Notes: a model not told the origin generated them from the sequence alone. Positions 1-12,772 are shown, numbered from the whole stretch's first letter. The stretch: DNA of 63,006 bases, filler included, from a bacterium (GCA_043817485.1; 8 parts of 8 records of this genome joined end to end with filler, not necessarily neighbours in it); one strand, 5' to 3'. Program-made: numbers and translations.

Positions 1-662
1 GCTTTAGTTATTCTTTGTATTTCTCCATTTCTTAATTTAATAAAAAGATTTTTTTTTTCTTGGTCAGGATAAATATTTCCTTCTTTTGCTAAAATCACTG
101 TAGATAATTGATTATCTTTTAAAATGTACATAATAATATTGGACATCAAAGAAGTTTTAGAATCTATTTTATCTACATAAAATATAAGATTCCCATCTTG
201 ATAGTCTTTAATATAAATTTTTTCTTTAATAAAAATCGATGCATGTTTTTGATTCAAGTCAAAATATAATTGTTTAAGAGAGTAATTTGCTTTAGGTAAA
301 ATAGTATTATTAAATCCAATCATTAAAAAAGTAAGTATTGAAGAAAAAATAATTACTGGTTTCATTATTTGTATTAAATTCATTCCACTAGTTTTCATAG
401 CAGTAAATTCATTATCACTGCATAATCTTCCAAAAGTCATCATTACTCCACATAATAATCCTATAGGTATAGTAACAGCAATTACATTAGGAAAAGCTAA
501 TAAAAAAAGTTTTATAACGGTTACAATATTAACGCCTTTATTTACAACTAATTCAGTTAATTGAAATATTTGATCAATAAATAAAAGAAAGGTAAATAAA
601 AAAAAACTTAAAATAAAAGGAAAACTTATTTCTTTAAGAATATATTTCGTCAATATTTTCAT
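1..662 (-). CDS. LptF/LptG (YjgP/YjgQ) family LPS export permease, 3' end outside window
   Basis: Read by hand (not in ORF track): MKILTKYILKEISFPFILSFFLFTFLLFIDQIFQLTELVVNKGV...FGRLCSDNEFTAMKTSG; ATG overlaps the upstream gene's TGA (ATGA at 659-662). Confidence 0.85.
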   Translation of the reverse strand, partial: MKILTKYILKEISFPFILSFFLFTFLLFIDQIFQLTELVVNKGVNIVTVIKLFLLAFPNVIAVTIPIGLLCGVMMTFGRLCSDNEFTAMKTSGMNLIQIMKPVIIFSSILTFLMIGFNNTILPKANYSLKQLYFDLNQKHASIFIKEKIYIKDYQDGNLIFYVDKIDSKTSLMSNIIMYILKDNQLSTVILAKEGNIYPDQEKKNLFIKLRNGEIQRITK

Positions 663-3150
663 TTAATTTCTTTCCAAAGAATTTCTCTTATATCTACAAC
701 TTCAATATTCCCTTTTCCTTCTTGAGTAACTTTAGATGCTGCATTTTTAAGTACTTGTTCACAAGTAGGACAAGATGTAATTAAAAAATTTGCACCAGTT
801 TTCAATGCTTGTTTAATTCTATTTTGAGAAATTTTTTCTACTAATAAAGGTTCAGAAACTAACATTCCACCACCACCACCACAACATCTTGAAGTATTTT
901 TTGAATATTCCATTTCTACTAAATCATAACCTAATTTTTTAATAATTTTTCTTGGTTCTTCAATTAATGATAGACCTCTTGAAAAATCACAAGGATCATG
1001 ATAAGTTACTTTTGGTTTAGAATCATTTTTATTTGAAATTTTTTCTAAAATTACTTCTAAAATATGTTTTGGGTTAAGTTTATATTCTTCTTTTAAAAAT
1101 AAAGTACAAGTAGGACAAAAAGTAATTATATTTTCATCTTCTATCATAGAAGAAAATTGTTGTTTATGTTTTTCAAAATTTTCTTCAAATCCTAAATTTT
1201 TCATAGAAAATCCACAACAAATTTCTTTTTTAATTTTTACTTTAATACCTAATTTTTCTAATATTTTAATATACATTTTTGTTTTATTAGTTCGAGATAA
1301 ATATTGACAACCAATGAAAAGTAAAATTTCTCCTTCTTGTTGAGGAAAATTAAGTTCTTTGTCTCCAAAAATATTTTTTGTGTTTTCTATATTTTCTATA
1401 AGTGTTTTGTGAATAGGAGAAATAATTCCTTGTTTTATTAAATAAGTTCTTGCTTCTTGAATAATTTCTGGTACTTTTATTTTTGATGGACATCTTCTAT
1501 AACAATCTTTACATTGAGTACAAGAATAGAAAATTTTTGCTATATTTTCATTTGCTGTAAGTTCACCAGTTAAAAGACCATAAGCATTTAATATTTTTCC
1601 TCTTGCTGTTTCTGTATCCCAATATGTATTTTCAAATATAGGACATACAGATTTACAAAATCCACAATAAGTACAAGTATCCATTTCTTTTTTCCACTTA
1701 CTCAAACAACTTTCTTTTTTATCTAAAGCAATTTCTTTATATCGTAAATCAGTAATAAAACTTCCTTGCCAATCCATCATTTTATTTGGATTCATAATGT
1801 TATTTGGATCTAATGCTTTTTTAATTGATTTCATGATATTTAGACTATCTTTTCTTTCTTTTTGCATTAAAGGAGCTTTAGTAATACCAGATCCATGTTC
1901 TCCTGTAGTAGTGCCTCCAAAAGCAAAAACTGCTTCATACATTTCTTCAACTGCTTTTTCTGCTTTTTGCCATTCTTCTTTTGAAGTAGAATCTAATATA
2001 AATTTAGTATGTAAATTTCCATCTCCAGCATGTCCATAAACAGGAATTAAAAGATCATATTTTTTTGCAATTTGATGAAAAACTTTAACTACATCTGGAA
2101 TTTTTGACATTGGCACAGCCATATCATCAGCCAAAGAAACACAAACTTTATCTTCTATATATCGAGATAAAGAAGGAATCATTGCTTTTCTTGCTGCCCA
2201 AATTTTTGCTTCTTCTTCTTTTTTTTGAGTAAATTTTACTTCTTTAGCACCTGTTTCTTGACAAATTTTAATTACTTTTTCTATATCATTTTTAACTGTT
2301 TCTAATGAACCATCAACACCAATTAATAAAATAGCTTCTACTTCTGGTAACCCCATTTTACTTGCTTTATTAACTGCTTTAATACAAATACTATCCATTA
2401 ATTCTAATTGAGAAGGAATAAGTGGAATAGAAATTATTTCACTTACACATAAAGCAGCTTGTTCTAATTTATCAAAAATAGCCATTGCAGAAGCTGTTGC
2501 TTCTGGTAAAGGTGTTACTTTAAGAATTATTTTTGTAATAACGCCTAAAGTTCCTTCACTTCCAACCATAAGCCTTGCTAATTGATAACCAGAAGTATCT
2601 TTAATTGTTTTGTTCCTAAATTAATTATTTCTCCAAAACTATCTACTATTTCTAATCCTAAAACATAATCTCGTGTTGCTCCATATTTTACTGCTTGTTG
2701 ACCTGATGCATTAGCTGCTACCATTCCTCCAAGAGTACAAACTTCACCACTTCCAGGATCTGGAGAAAAAAAGAATTTAAAAGGTTTAAGAGCATTGTTT
2801 AAAGTTTGATAAATAACACCAGGTTCTATAATACAATATAAATCCTTTACATTTATTTCTAATATTTTATTCATTTTTTGCAAATCAAGGATAACTCCTC
2901 CTTTAATTGGAACTACATGTCCACAAAGAGCAGTTCCAGCACCACGAGGAATAATTGAAATTTTATATTTTTGACAAATTTTCATTATTTCAACTATTTC
3001 ATTTGTATTTTGAGGTTGTATTACAGCTTCTGGTAAATGATGATGAATCCCTGAATCTGCTCCATAAACATATAAAATTTCTTTTTGTATAGAAAAATTT
3101 TCTTCTTTTACAATTTTTTTAAATTGTTCTATTATTTCTGAATTAAACAT
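659..3150 (-). CDS. FAD-linked oxidoreductase (GlcD/D-lactate dehydrogenase-like) fused to 4Fe-4S dicluster and CCG domains (GlcF-like); split by a frameshift near 2608-2611
   Basis: ORF 2578..3150 has IPRGAGT and KYGATRDYV; adding one A gives LGTKTIKDTSGYQLARLMVGSEGTLG, joining ORF 659..2569 with GHAGDGNLH, GEHG, CxxCxxCxxxCP twice, YHDPC and CCGGGGG. Confidence 0.85.
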
Positions 3151-3430
3151 AGAATCATCTCCTATTTTTTTTATATTAAAAATTTTTTACTATTCCATTC
3201 TCAATTAATTTATTAAATAGAATAAATTATTGATAATATATTTAATGAAAAGTCAAGAAAAATTAATGATTACTACAAGTATTTTAAGTAAATTTAAAAA
3301 AAAAAACAAAGTACAAAATATTAAAAATTTCTACTAATTAAAACTTTTCATTAAAATCAAAAAAAAATTGACAAAATAAAAAAATAAAGCATATTTACTA
3401 TTTTGAAAAATTATAAATAGGAGAATACAA

Positions 3431-5822
3431 ATGAAAAAACAAACAAAAAAAAATATTGAAAATGTAATAAAAATATTTGTTATTTTGTTTATTTTAAGCA
3501 TAAATAAAATGGCTTTTACAGACAATAATCCAATAGATAATAATTTAGCAAATAATAATCCAGTAATTATTGGTCCATATCTTCAACCAACAGAAGATTT
3601 AGAACATAGTATGGTTGTATCTTGGATTACAGAAAAAAATTATGAAGCAAAAATTAAATATAGAATTAAGGGACAAAATAGTTTTTTAGAAAAAATTCCT
3701 CAAAAAGAAATAATGTATGTAATGACATTTTCAAATTTAAAATCACCTGGAAAATATGAATATTATATAAAAGGAACAGAAAATGAATTAAAAGGAGAAT
3801 TTGAAATTCCATCAAGTTTTCCATCTCCAAAAGCTTATAGAGAAATATGGTGGATGAGTTCAATTTTAAATGAAAAACTTATTGGATTTTACAAAGAAAA
3901 AGGAACATCTGATTGGAAAGAAACAAATGATTTAAAAATAAGAATAAAACACACTGCTAAATTAACAAATTTACAATCTGGTCAAATATATGAATATACT
4001 GTAGATGATAAAATATATTCTTTTAAAACATCTACATTGGGACAAGAATTTAAAATTGCTTTAATAGCTGATCCTCATGTTGGAGGATATCCTCATACTG
4101 AAAATTTTGAAATAAAAAATAATGAAAAAGTTGTTAAGCATATTATAGAAAATGGAATGCCAGAAATTACTATATTTTTAGGAGATTTAGTACATGGAAG
4201 AAATGTTATAGGCACTTCTTTTGTTGAATATGAAAATTTTTTTATTAGATTTAAAGATTTGTTAACAAGTAGTATTTGTATTGCTACTTTTGGTAATCAT
4301 GATTATGATCTTACAGATAACTATAGTTATACTCTATGGAGAATGTGGTTCACTTTTCCAAATAATGGTCCTAAAGAATTAGAAGATTTAGTATATAGTA
4401 TAAAATATGGAAATGTTTATTTTATCAATCTTCTTTATCAAAAAAGAGATCAACAAATTAATTGGGTAGAACAAGAATTAAAAAAAGCAAAAAACTTAAA
4501 CTATGATTTTATTTTTACATTAGAGCATGTTCCAAGTTACAGTATAGTTGAAAATCCATATAGACAAGTATTTGAATTAGGTAATCAAAATTCTTGGTAT
4601 AAAGATAAAGAAAAATGGTTAAAATTATATAATGATTATGGTGTTGATATCGAATTTTCTGGACATGAACATCTTTTACAAAGAACAGTTCCAATAACAA
4701 CTCATCCAGAAAATTGTCATTATACTGGTTTATTAGAAACTGCTGAACTACATTCTTATTTTGCTAATACTGAAGGAGTAATTTATGCTAATTTACCTAT
4801 TACATGGAAACCTTCTAATTATGTTTCAAATTATATATATAATCCTATTATTTCAAAAAATGCTGGATATGGAGAAGTAATTATTAGGAATAATGGTAAA
4901 ATTTGCAATTTTAAATGTTATTCTTTAGAAAACTTAAATCAATCTTTAATAATAAAAACAAATGATTATTTTACAATAGATAAAACTCAAAATTCTTCTA
5001 AAAAAAATCTTTCTAAAGAAAAAATAGTAATTAATAAAATTCAAGCAAATGTAATTTCTGGATACAAAGCTTTAATACAATGGAATACAAATTTAGAATC
5101 TAAGGGAAGCATTGAATATTGGGAAAAAAATAACAAAGAAAGAAATTTTATGCCTTTGGGAGTAAATGAAATATTTGAAAAAGAACATCAAATAATGTTA
5201 CAACTTCTTACCCCAGAAACAGATTATTGTTATCAAATAACCAATATACGAGAAAAAGAAAAATCTATTAGTGAAATTCAAACATTTAAAACTTATAAAG
5301 CAAAAGAAGAAGAAATTTATGCTCAATTTGATTTTGGTCCTTCTGCTTTTTTACCAGAAAAAGATTATGCAAGAGTTTATCTCTATCCATATAAAAAAGA
5401 ATATAAATATGGTTGGGTAAATCCTTTTGATGAAAATGGAAATTTAATTATACATTGTGGCATAAATGAAAAAAAAACCAGAATTATCTTTACATACTTT
5501 TTGTTATAATGATAATAAATTAAAACAAATATTTAGAGTTGATTTACCTAATGGAAATTATCAAGTAGAAATTGGAAGTGGAAAAGGTGGTAATTATCAA
5601 GGAAATACTTTATTAAATATTCAAAATGGACAACATATTTGTGAATATTCAAAATTAGATGGGAAAAAAAGTGTTTTAGTATTTAATAAAAAAATAAAAG
5701 TAGATAATGGATTTTTACAAATAGAAATGGGATATGAAAATGATAAGTATGAAAAAAAAGATAAAAAATATGAAGATTGTTCAATTATAAATTATCTTAA
5801 GATTTATAAAAATGAAGAATGA
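3431..5822 (+). CDS. Secreted purple-acid-phosphatase-like metallophosphoesterase with FN3-like and C-terminal beta-sandwich domains; frameshift in A9 run 5469-5477
   Basis: N-terminal hydrophobic signal; DPH, GDLV, GNHD and GHEH motifs; ORF 5466..5822 continues the domain (FRVDLPNGNYQVEIGSG) if one A is removed. Confidence 0.75.
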
Positions 5823-5916
5823 AAAATTATCAAGTTGTTTCAAAAAACTTTGTAGTTTACTGCAAAAATAAATTGATACAAAAATCTTTATTTGATAAAT
5901 TTGGAAAAATAGATTT

Positions 5917-6543
5917 ATGATATTATTATTAGGTATAATTATAAGTTATTTAATAGGGTCTATTCCAACTGCTTTAATAGTGGGAAAATTTTTCAATATA
6001 GACATTCGCAAACATGGTAGTGGAAATATTGGAGCAGCAAATACTTTCAGAGTATTAGGAAAAGTTCCTGGATTAATAGTTTGGATTGGAGATATTTTAA
6101 AAGGTGTTATTCCCGTACTTATTATTTCTCAAATAATAAAACCTTATGCTAATATTTCTATTATAAATTTACAAATTCTTTTAGGTAGTATGGCTATTCT
6201 TGGACATGTATTTCCAATATTTTTACAATTTAAAGGTGGAAAAGCTATTGCAACATCTACAGGTGTATTTTTAGGAATAGAACCTGTTTTAATGAGTATT
6301 TCAATATTAGTTTTATTTCTATTACTTAAAATTACTAAATATTTTTCTGTAGGAACTCTTAGTTCTTTTTTAAGTTTAGTTATTTTAATTTGGATATTTG
6401 AAAAATTATCTTTTATAAGTATATTTGCTACATTAGTTTTTATATTTGTTTTAATTCTGCATAAAAGTAATATTAAAAGACTAATTCAAGGAAAAGAAAA
6501 TAAAATGCATTTTTCTTCATCTTCTAACAAAGAAAAAAAATGA
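5917..6543 (+). CDS. plsY: Glycerol-3-phosphate acyltransferase PlsY
   Basis: SYLIGSIP, DIRKHGSGNIGAAN, GHVFPIFLQFKGGKAIAT, HKSNIKRL. Confidence 0.95.
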   Translation: MILLLGIIISYLIGSIPTALIVGKFFNIDIRKHGSGNIGAANTFRVLGKVPGLIVWIGDILKGVIPVLIISQIIKPYANISIINLQILLGSMAILGHVFPIFLQFKGGKAIATSTGVFLGIEPVLMSISILVLFLLLKITKYFSVGTLSSFLSLVILIWIFEKLSFISIFATLVFIFVLILHKSNIKRLIQGKENKMHFSSSSNKEKK

Positions 6544-6553
6544 AATTTTAAAA

Positions 6554-6916
6554 ATGGAAGAAAAAAAATTACCAAATAAAAATTTTTATTTAATAAATGA
6601 AATAAGTGAATTTTTAAATATAAAATCTTTTGTTTTAAGATATTGGGAAACAGAATTTGAAATATTAAAGCCCATTAGAACTAAAGGCAAACAAAGAAGA
6701 TATAAAAAAGAGGATATAGATATAATTTTTTTAATAAAAGATCTTTTGTATAATAAAAAATACACTATTGCTGGAGCTAAAAATTTTTTACTTAAAAATA
6801 ACCATTATCTTAAAGAAGAATCTTTAGAAAAATCTTTAGATGAAAAAACTGAATTACCTGTTTTTATTGCTTCATTAAAACAAGATTTAGTATCATTATT
6901 AAATATCTTTAAATAA
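6554..6916 (+). CDS. MerR-family HTH transcriptional regulator
   Basis: FVLRYWETEF...KQRRY...LLYNKKYTIAGAK. Confidence 0.85.
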   Translation: MEEKKLPNKNFYLINEISEFLNIKSFVLRYWETEFEILKPIRTKGKQRRYKKEDIDIIFLIKDLLYNKKYTIAGAKNFLLKNNHYLKEESLEKSLDEKTELPVFIASLKQDLVSLLNIFK

Positions 6917-6917
6917 T

Positions 6918-7550
6918 ATGAAAAATATATTAATTACTAGTGGACCTACTCAAGCAAATATTGATCCCGTAAGATATATTGCTAATACATCAACTGGAGA
7001 ATTAGGTACAAAAATTGCAAAAGAATTTTTAAAATACAAAAATAAAGTGACATTTATTTATGGAAAAAATAGTATTTTTCCATCAAAAAAAACTGAAAAT
7101 CTGTGTTTAATAGAAATCATTACAATCAATGATTTAATTAAAGTTATTAAAAAAGAATTAAATAAAACAAGATATGATATTATTGTTCATTTAATGGCTG
7201 TATTAGATTATGTTCCAGAAAAATATAATACAAAAAAAATTGCTTCAAATAAAAAAAACTTAATTATTAAATTAGTACAAACTCCTAAAGTAATAAAAAT
7301 CATAAGAAAACTTGCTCCTGCTTCTTTTTTAATTGGGTTTAAATTAGAAGTAAATAAAAAAGAAAATTCACTTATAAAAACGGCTTTAGAGTTTTTGAAA
7401 AAAAATAAATTAGATATGGTTGTGGTAAATGATTTTAAAAAAATAAAAGAAAATACCCATATAGCTTTTTTAATAAATAAACAAGGAATTATTAACAAAG
7501 AAATAACTAAAGAAAAAATTGCTAAAAAAATAGTTTTTTTATTAAAATAA
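6918..7550 (+). CDS. coaB: Phosphopantothenate-cysteine ligase (stand-alone CoaB domain)
   Basis: [35 protein letters not shown]. Confidence 0.85.
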   Translation: MKNILITSGPTQANIDPVRYIANTSTGELGTKIAKEFLKYKNKVTFIYGKNSIFPSKKTENLCLIEIITINDLIKVIKKELNKTRYDIIVHLMAVLDYVPEKYNTKKIASNKKNLIIKLVQTPKVIKIIRKLAPASFLIGFKLEVNKKENSLIKTALEFLKKNKLDMVVVNDFKKIKENTHIAFLINKQGIINKEITKEKIAKKIVFLLK

Positions 7551-7573
7551 AAATTAAATGGAGGAAAATTATT

Positions 7574-9198
7574 TTGAAAAAAACAGGTTCACAAATTTTC
7601 ATAGATGCTCTTGTTAAAGAAAAAGTAAAAGCAATGTTTGGTTATCCAGGTGGAGCAGTATTACCAATTTTTGATGCTTTATATGATTCTCCAATTAAAT
7701 TTTACTTAACAAGACATGAACAAGCAGCAGCTCATGCAGCTGATGGTTATGCTCGAGCAACAGGAAAAGTAGGAGTTTGTTTAGCTACATCTGGACCAGG
7801 AGCAACAAATTTAGTTACAGGCATTGCTACGGCCTATATGGATTCTATTCCAATGGTTGCTTTTACGGGTCAAGTAAATACAACTTTAATTGGAAATGAT
7901 GCTTTTCAAGAAGCAGATATTACTGGAATTACTCGTCCTATAACAAAATATAATTATATTGTAAAAAAAACTGAAGACCTTGCTCAAATTATTCATGAAG
8001 CATTTTATATTGCTTCTTCTGGGAGACCAGGTCCAGTTTTAGTAGATATACCTAAAGATGTGCAAAGTAATAGTATTTTTACTCATAATAAAGATATAAA
8101 AGTAGATTTAAGAAGTTATAATCCTAATTATCACGGACATATTAAACAAATCAAAAAAGCAGTAGAACTTATTAATCAATCTTTAAAACCAGTAATTTAT
8201 TCTGGTGGTGGTATAATTTCTTCTGAATCTTCAAATGAATTAACAGAATTTGCTATTAAAGCAAATATTCCAGTAACAAATACTCTTTTGGGCTTAGGTG
8301 GATTCCCTGGAACTCATCCTTTATTTTTAGGAATGTTAGGAATGCATGGAACTTGGACTGCCAATATGGCAATTACTAATTCAGATTTAATCATTGCTAT
8401 AGGTGCTCGATTTGATGATAGAGTTACTGGAAAAGTAGAATCTTTTGCACCTCATGCTAAAATAATTCATATAGATATAGATCCTTCTTCTATTAGCAAA
8501 AATGTAATTGTAGATATACCTATTGTAGGAGATGCTAAATATACCCTAATTGAATTATTAAAATATGTAGAAACAAAAAAAAGAATAGATTGGTTTGAAC
8601 AAATTAGTAAATGGAAAGAAAAACATCCTTTAAAATATAAACATAGTGATGAAATAATTAAACCTCAACATGTAATAGAAGAAATTTATAAAATAACAAA
8701 AGGGGAAGCTATTATTGTTACTGAAGTAGGACAAAATCAAATGTGGTCTGCTCAATTTTACAAATTTAATAATCCTCGTAATTTTATTTCTTCTGGAGGA
8801 TTAGGAACTATGGGATTTGGATTTCCAGCAGCTCTGGGAGCACAAATAGGACATCCAGATAAAATAGTTTTTGATATTGCTGGAGATGGTAGTATTCAAA
8901 TGAATTCTCAAGATTTAATGACAGCAAGTGTTTATAATATTCCCGTTAAAATAGCTATTTTAAATAATTCTTGTTTAGGAATGGTAAGGCAATGGCAAGA
9001 ATTATTTTACAAAAAAAGATATTCATCTACTTTATTGAAAAATCCAGATTTTGTTAAATTAGCTGAAAGTTATGGAATATTGGGCTTAAAAGCAACAAAA
9101 CCTTCAGAAGTAGAAAATACTATTAAAAAAGCTTTATCTGTAAAAGGTCCAGTAGTTATGGAATTTGTAGTTGCTAATGAAGAAAATGTTTTTCCAAT
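7574..9198 (+). CDS. ilvB: Acetolactate synthase large subunit, truncated at contig end
   Basis: [39 protein letters not shown] ThDP motif; GGAGG RBS upstream of TTG start. Confidence 0.95.
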
Positions 9199-9298
9199 NN
9201 NNNNNNNNNNNNNNNNNNNNNNNNNNNNNNNNNNNNNNNNNNTTAATTAATTAANNNNNNNNNNNNNNNNNNNNNNNNNNNNNNNNNNNNNNNNNNNN
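9199..9298. other. Artificial contig-joining spacer (N run with TTAATTAATTAA six-frame stop linker)
   Basis: Identical 100-nt construct also at 21552-21651, 29662-29761, 32535-32634, 38002-38101, 49387-49486 and 54325-54424. Confidence 0.98.
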
Positions 9299-9299
9299 G

Positions 9300-10658
9300 T
9301 CATTCAGACAAAAGACTCTCATATAACAAACGGTGCTCGTCTGCAATTTGCCGCCATTCATCTCTATCAATATCAGCATCATATCTAATATATTTAGTAA
9401 TATCTAATGTTTTAAAAGCTGTTCCTGTTTCTAACATTCTTGCATTTAATTCATTTAATCTTGTTAACCAATAAATCATTTGTTTTTCATCTGCTAAATA
9501 ACTTAAAAATTTCCAAGTAGCATCTTTTTGTTCTTTTGTTAAAGAAGCATTTATTATCCAACTATATCCACCAATATCAGTAACTGATCCAGCTGGTCCT
9601 GCTGGTAAAGCAGCAAAACCAACATCATTAGAATTAAGTTCTACTTGTCTTATTAACCAAAAATAATCACTATCATAAGCTTTGAACATAGCTATTTTTC
9701 CATTTCTAAAATCAGTTAAAAGTCCACCCCAAGTATTTGCGAGAATATCTGGTTGAATTGCATTATATTTCCATTTCAAACTTTTTATATATTGAAGTGC
9801 TTTTATTCCATTTTCATTATTGAAATCTATTTTCCATTGTGAATTTTCTTTTTTTACTAATTCTGTTCCGGATTGCCAAAAATAATGAATTAAATTCCAG
9901 CCACCTGCTTCACTTGAAGCATCAAAACCAAGTCCATAAATTTGGTCTTTTTTATCTCTTAATTTTTGTCCATATTCAGCCAATTCAAGCCATGTTTGTG
10001 GTGGTTTAGCATTTCCATTTTCATCTACAAAACCAGCTTTTATTAAATAATCTTTTCTATAAATAAGTCCAGAAATACAATTATAATAAGGAGAAGGAAG
10101 AGCATAATAATGATTTGCATACATTTGAGGGGCTAACATAATTGGCCAATAATCATCAAGCCGATCCCAATTTTTAACATATTCATCTAAATTAGCTAAA
10201 TATCCTCTTGGAGCTAAGGTTCCTATGGCACTACCTTGAATTTGAAGAATAGCTGATGGACCTTTTCCACTGCCCATTAAAGTAGCAAAAACATTTGGGT
10301 CATAATTTTCTTTTCCTTGAACTACAACAATTTTTATATGAGGATGTGTTTTTTCAAATTTTTGTATCAATTCCTGATTGACTAATCGTATTTTATGACT
10401 TTCTTTCCATCCTCTTACTGGAGATGTTGCATTAAATTTAAAATCATCTGGATCAGATCTTAATCCCCATAATTTAACTATTATTCGACCTTGTTCATCT
10501 TTATATTCTAATTTTTCTTCTGTTTTTTGTTGTTGATCAGGGATGACAAGCATTCCTTTTGTCCAAAAAAGGTCTCTAGATATAATTGTATGAATCATTA
10601 AAATAACTAAAATAATTAAAATAATTACTTTAATTGTAGATAAAATTTTCTTAAACAA
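9300..10658 (-). CDS. ABC transporter extracellular solute-binding protein (sugar-binding family 1)
   Basis: N-terminal TM; FEKTHPHIKI, YYALP, LIYRKD, PPQTWLEL, GKIAM, LPAGPAG; TTG at 10658 follows GGAGG; stop abuts contig end so the C-terminus may be unreliable. Confidence 0.85.
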   Translation of the reverse strand: MFKKILSTIKVIILIILVILMIHTIISRDLFWTKGMLVIPDQQQKTEEKLEYKDEQGRIIVKLWGLRSDPDDFKFNATSPVRGWKESHKIRLVNQELIQKFEKTHPHIKIVVVQGKENYDPNVFATLMGSGKGPSAILQIQGSAIGTLAPRGYLANLDEYVKNWDRLDDYWPIMLAPQMYANHYYALPSPYYNCISGLIYRKDYLIKAGFVDENGNAKPPQTWLELAEYGQKLRDKKDQIYGLGFDASSEAGGWNLIHYFWQSGTELVKKENSQWKIDFNNENGIKALQYIKSLKWKYNAIQPDILANTWGGLLTDFRNGKIAMFKAYDSDYFWLIRQVELNSNDVGFAALPAGPAGSVTDIGGYSWIINASLTKEQKDATWKFLSYLADEKQMIYWLTRLNELNARMLETGTAFKTLDITKYIRYDADIDRDEWRQIADEHRLLYESLLSE

Positions 10659-10750
10659 GATTACCTCCAATTTTTTTTCATGAAAATATTAAATTATATA
10701 AAAAAGTAAAATATTTTTTATTTTGTTTCATTATTTTTGTCAATTTTATT

Positions 10751-12103
10751 TTAAAAATTTTGCCAATTTTTATTTTCACCATATTTTTTTAAAAAATATT
10801 TCATACAATCAGCAATTAAATATAAAGAACCAGCAATACATAAACAATCATTTTTTCCTATTATTGAACAACCATAAGAAAAAGCTTTTTGTGGATTAGT
10901 AAAAATAACTACATTTTTTTTATTTATTATGAGCTTATTTTGATGAAAAGATTCTTTGCATTTTACTGAGAGTAAATGTATTTCTTTATATAAAATTTCT
11001 GGAAATAAAGCATTTTCATGAGTAGATTTAGTTAAAATTATTTTTTTTGCTAATGGGAATATTTCTTTTAATATTTTAGTGTATAATTTATCTTTTTGTA
11101 TTCCAAAAACTAAAATAAGATTTTTGTAATTAAAATATTTTTCTAAACTTTGTTTTAAATTTTTTATAGACAATGAAGTATGTGCTCCATCAAAAATTAT
11201 AAGTGGTTTCTTAGAAATAATTTCTAATCTTCCTGGCAAATAGGTATTTTTAAGTCCTTTTCTAATAGATGTTATAGAAATTTTATATCCAATTTTTTTT
11301 AAGTTTTCAATTATTGCAATAGCAAAAGATGCGTTTATTATTTGAGATTCTCCCAATAAAAAAATTTGTAAATTTTTATACTCATATTTTTCTCTAATTA
11401 AATTAAATTTTTGAAATTTTTGGTTAAAATTTTTTATTTGCCATTTATAATTTTTATGAAAATTTATCAATTTAGCATTTTTTTCACAACATACTTTTTT
11501 AATTATATCTAATGGTTTTTTTTGGTTTATTCCAGTAATAACAATATTTTCTTTTTTAATGATTCCAGATTTTTCAAGAGCAATTTCTGACAATGATTTT
11601 CCTAAAAATTTTTGATGTTCATAATCAACATTAGTAATTACTGAAATTATAGAATTTAAACAATTTGTAGCATCGCGTCTACCACCCATACCTACTTCAA
11701 AAATAGCAATATCAATTTTTTTTTCCTGAAAAAATAAAATAGCAATTACAGTAAGAATTTCAAAAAAAGTAAGTTCTGTTTTAATAGAAGAAGAAGCTTC
11801 TTTGATTTTTTCTACATAAAAAGTAAATTTATTGCAAGAAATAGGTTTTTCATTTATTTTAATACTTGCTCTTATGTTTAAAAAATAGGGAGAAGTAAAT
11901 AATCCAATTTTATAATTAGAATTTTGTAAAATAGAATTTGTAAAATTAGAAACAGAACCTTTTCCTTTAGTTCCAGTAATATGAATAATTTTTAATTCTT
12001 TTTCTGGAAAATTAAAAAAATGCAATACTTTTTTAATTCTTTGTAATCCAAAATTAATTTTCTTTCTTTTTTCTAAATAAATAATTGCTTCTTTATAATT
12101 CAT
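10751..12103 (-). CDS. folC: Folylpolyglutamate/dihydrofolate synthase
   Basis: IHITGTKGKGS, FTSP, EVGMGGRRDATN, PGRLE, DGAHT, AGSLYL. Confidence 0.93.
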   Translation of the reverse strand: MNYKEAIIYLEKRKKINFGLQRIKKVLHFFNFPEKELKIIHITGTKGKGSVSNFTNSILQNSNYKIGLFTSPYFLNIRASIKINEKPISCNKFTFYVEKIKEASSSIKTELTFFEILTVIAILFFQEKKIDIAIFEVGMGGRRDATNCLNSIISVITNVDYEHQKFLGKSLSEIALEKSGIIKKENIVITGINQKKPLDIIKKVCCEKNAKLINFHKNYKWQIKNFNQKFQKFNLIREKYEYKNLQIFLLGESQIINASFAIAIIENLKKIGYKISITSIRKGLKNTYLPGRLEIISKKPLIIFDGAHTSLSIKNLKQSLEKYFNYKNLILVFGIQKDKLYTKILKEIFPLAKKIILTKSTHENALFPEILYKEIHLLSVKCKESFHQNKLIINKKNVVIFTNPQKAFSYGCSIIGKNDCLCIAGSLYLIADCMKYFLKKYGENKNWQNF

Positions 12104-12184
12104 GATTTTTCTTGACAACCTTCAATTTTTTTCAATATTATTTTTTTTAAAAAATATATAAAATTAAAACTTAAAAAAATAATT

Positions 12185-12772
12185 ATGAAAACAATTTTTG
12201 AAAAAATAAAAAAAACATTTTTAACGGGTTTATTTGTTATTTTACCTCTTATTTTAACTATTTACATTATTCGCTTATTATTTGTAGCCATAGATAGTTT
12301 ATTAGGAGGTTTAATGAAAAATATTTGTGGATATTATATTCCTGGTTTTGGAATTTTTGCTATTTTTATAATTATTTTTACAATAGGTTTAATTACAAGA
12401 AATATATTAGGACAAAAAATACTTCAATTATTAGAAAATTTAATCCTAAAAATTCCTTTTGCTCAAAAAATATACTTAACTTCTAAACAATTTACAAAAG
12501 TAATTTCTCAATATTCAAAACAATCTTTTATAAAAACTGTTTTTGTTGAATATCCAAGAAAAGGACTTTATGGAATTGGCTTTATTACTTCATTAACTTC
12601 AGTAGAAGTTCAAAATAATAAATGTTTTTATGTATTTTTCCCAACTACTCCTAATCCTACTTCTGGGTTTTTATTGTTAATTCCAGAACAAGATATAATT
12701 TCTACAAATATTAGCATTGAAGCAGGTATTAAATTAATTGTTTCAGGTGGTTTTGTCATTCCTCACAAATAA
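12185..12772 (+). CDS. DUF502 family membrane protein
   Basis: FLTGLFVILPLILT, VEYPRKG, FFPTTPNPTSGFL, IVSGG. Confidence 0.9.
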   Translation: MKTIFEKIKKTFLTGLFVILPLILTIYIIRLLFVAIDSLLGGLMKNICGYYIPGFGIFAIFIIIFTIGLITRNILGQKILQLLENLILKIPFAQKIYLTSKQFTKVISQYSKQSFIKTVFVEYPRKGLYGIGFITSLTSVEVQNNKCFYVFFPTTPNPTSGFLLLIPEQDIISTNISIEAGIKLIVSGGFVIPHK

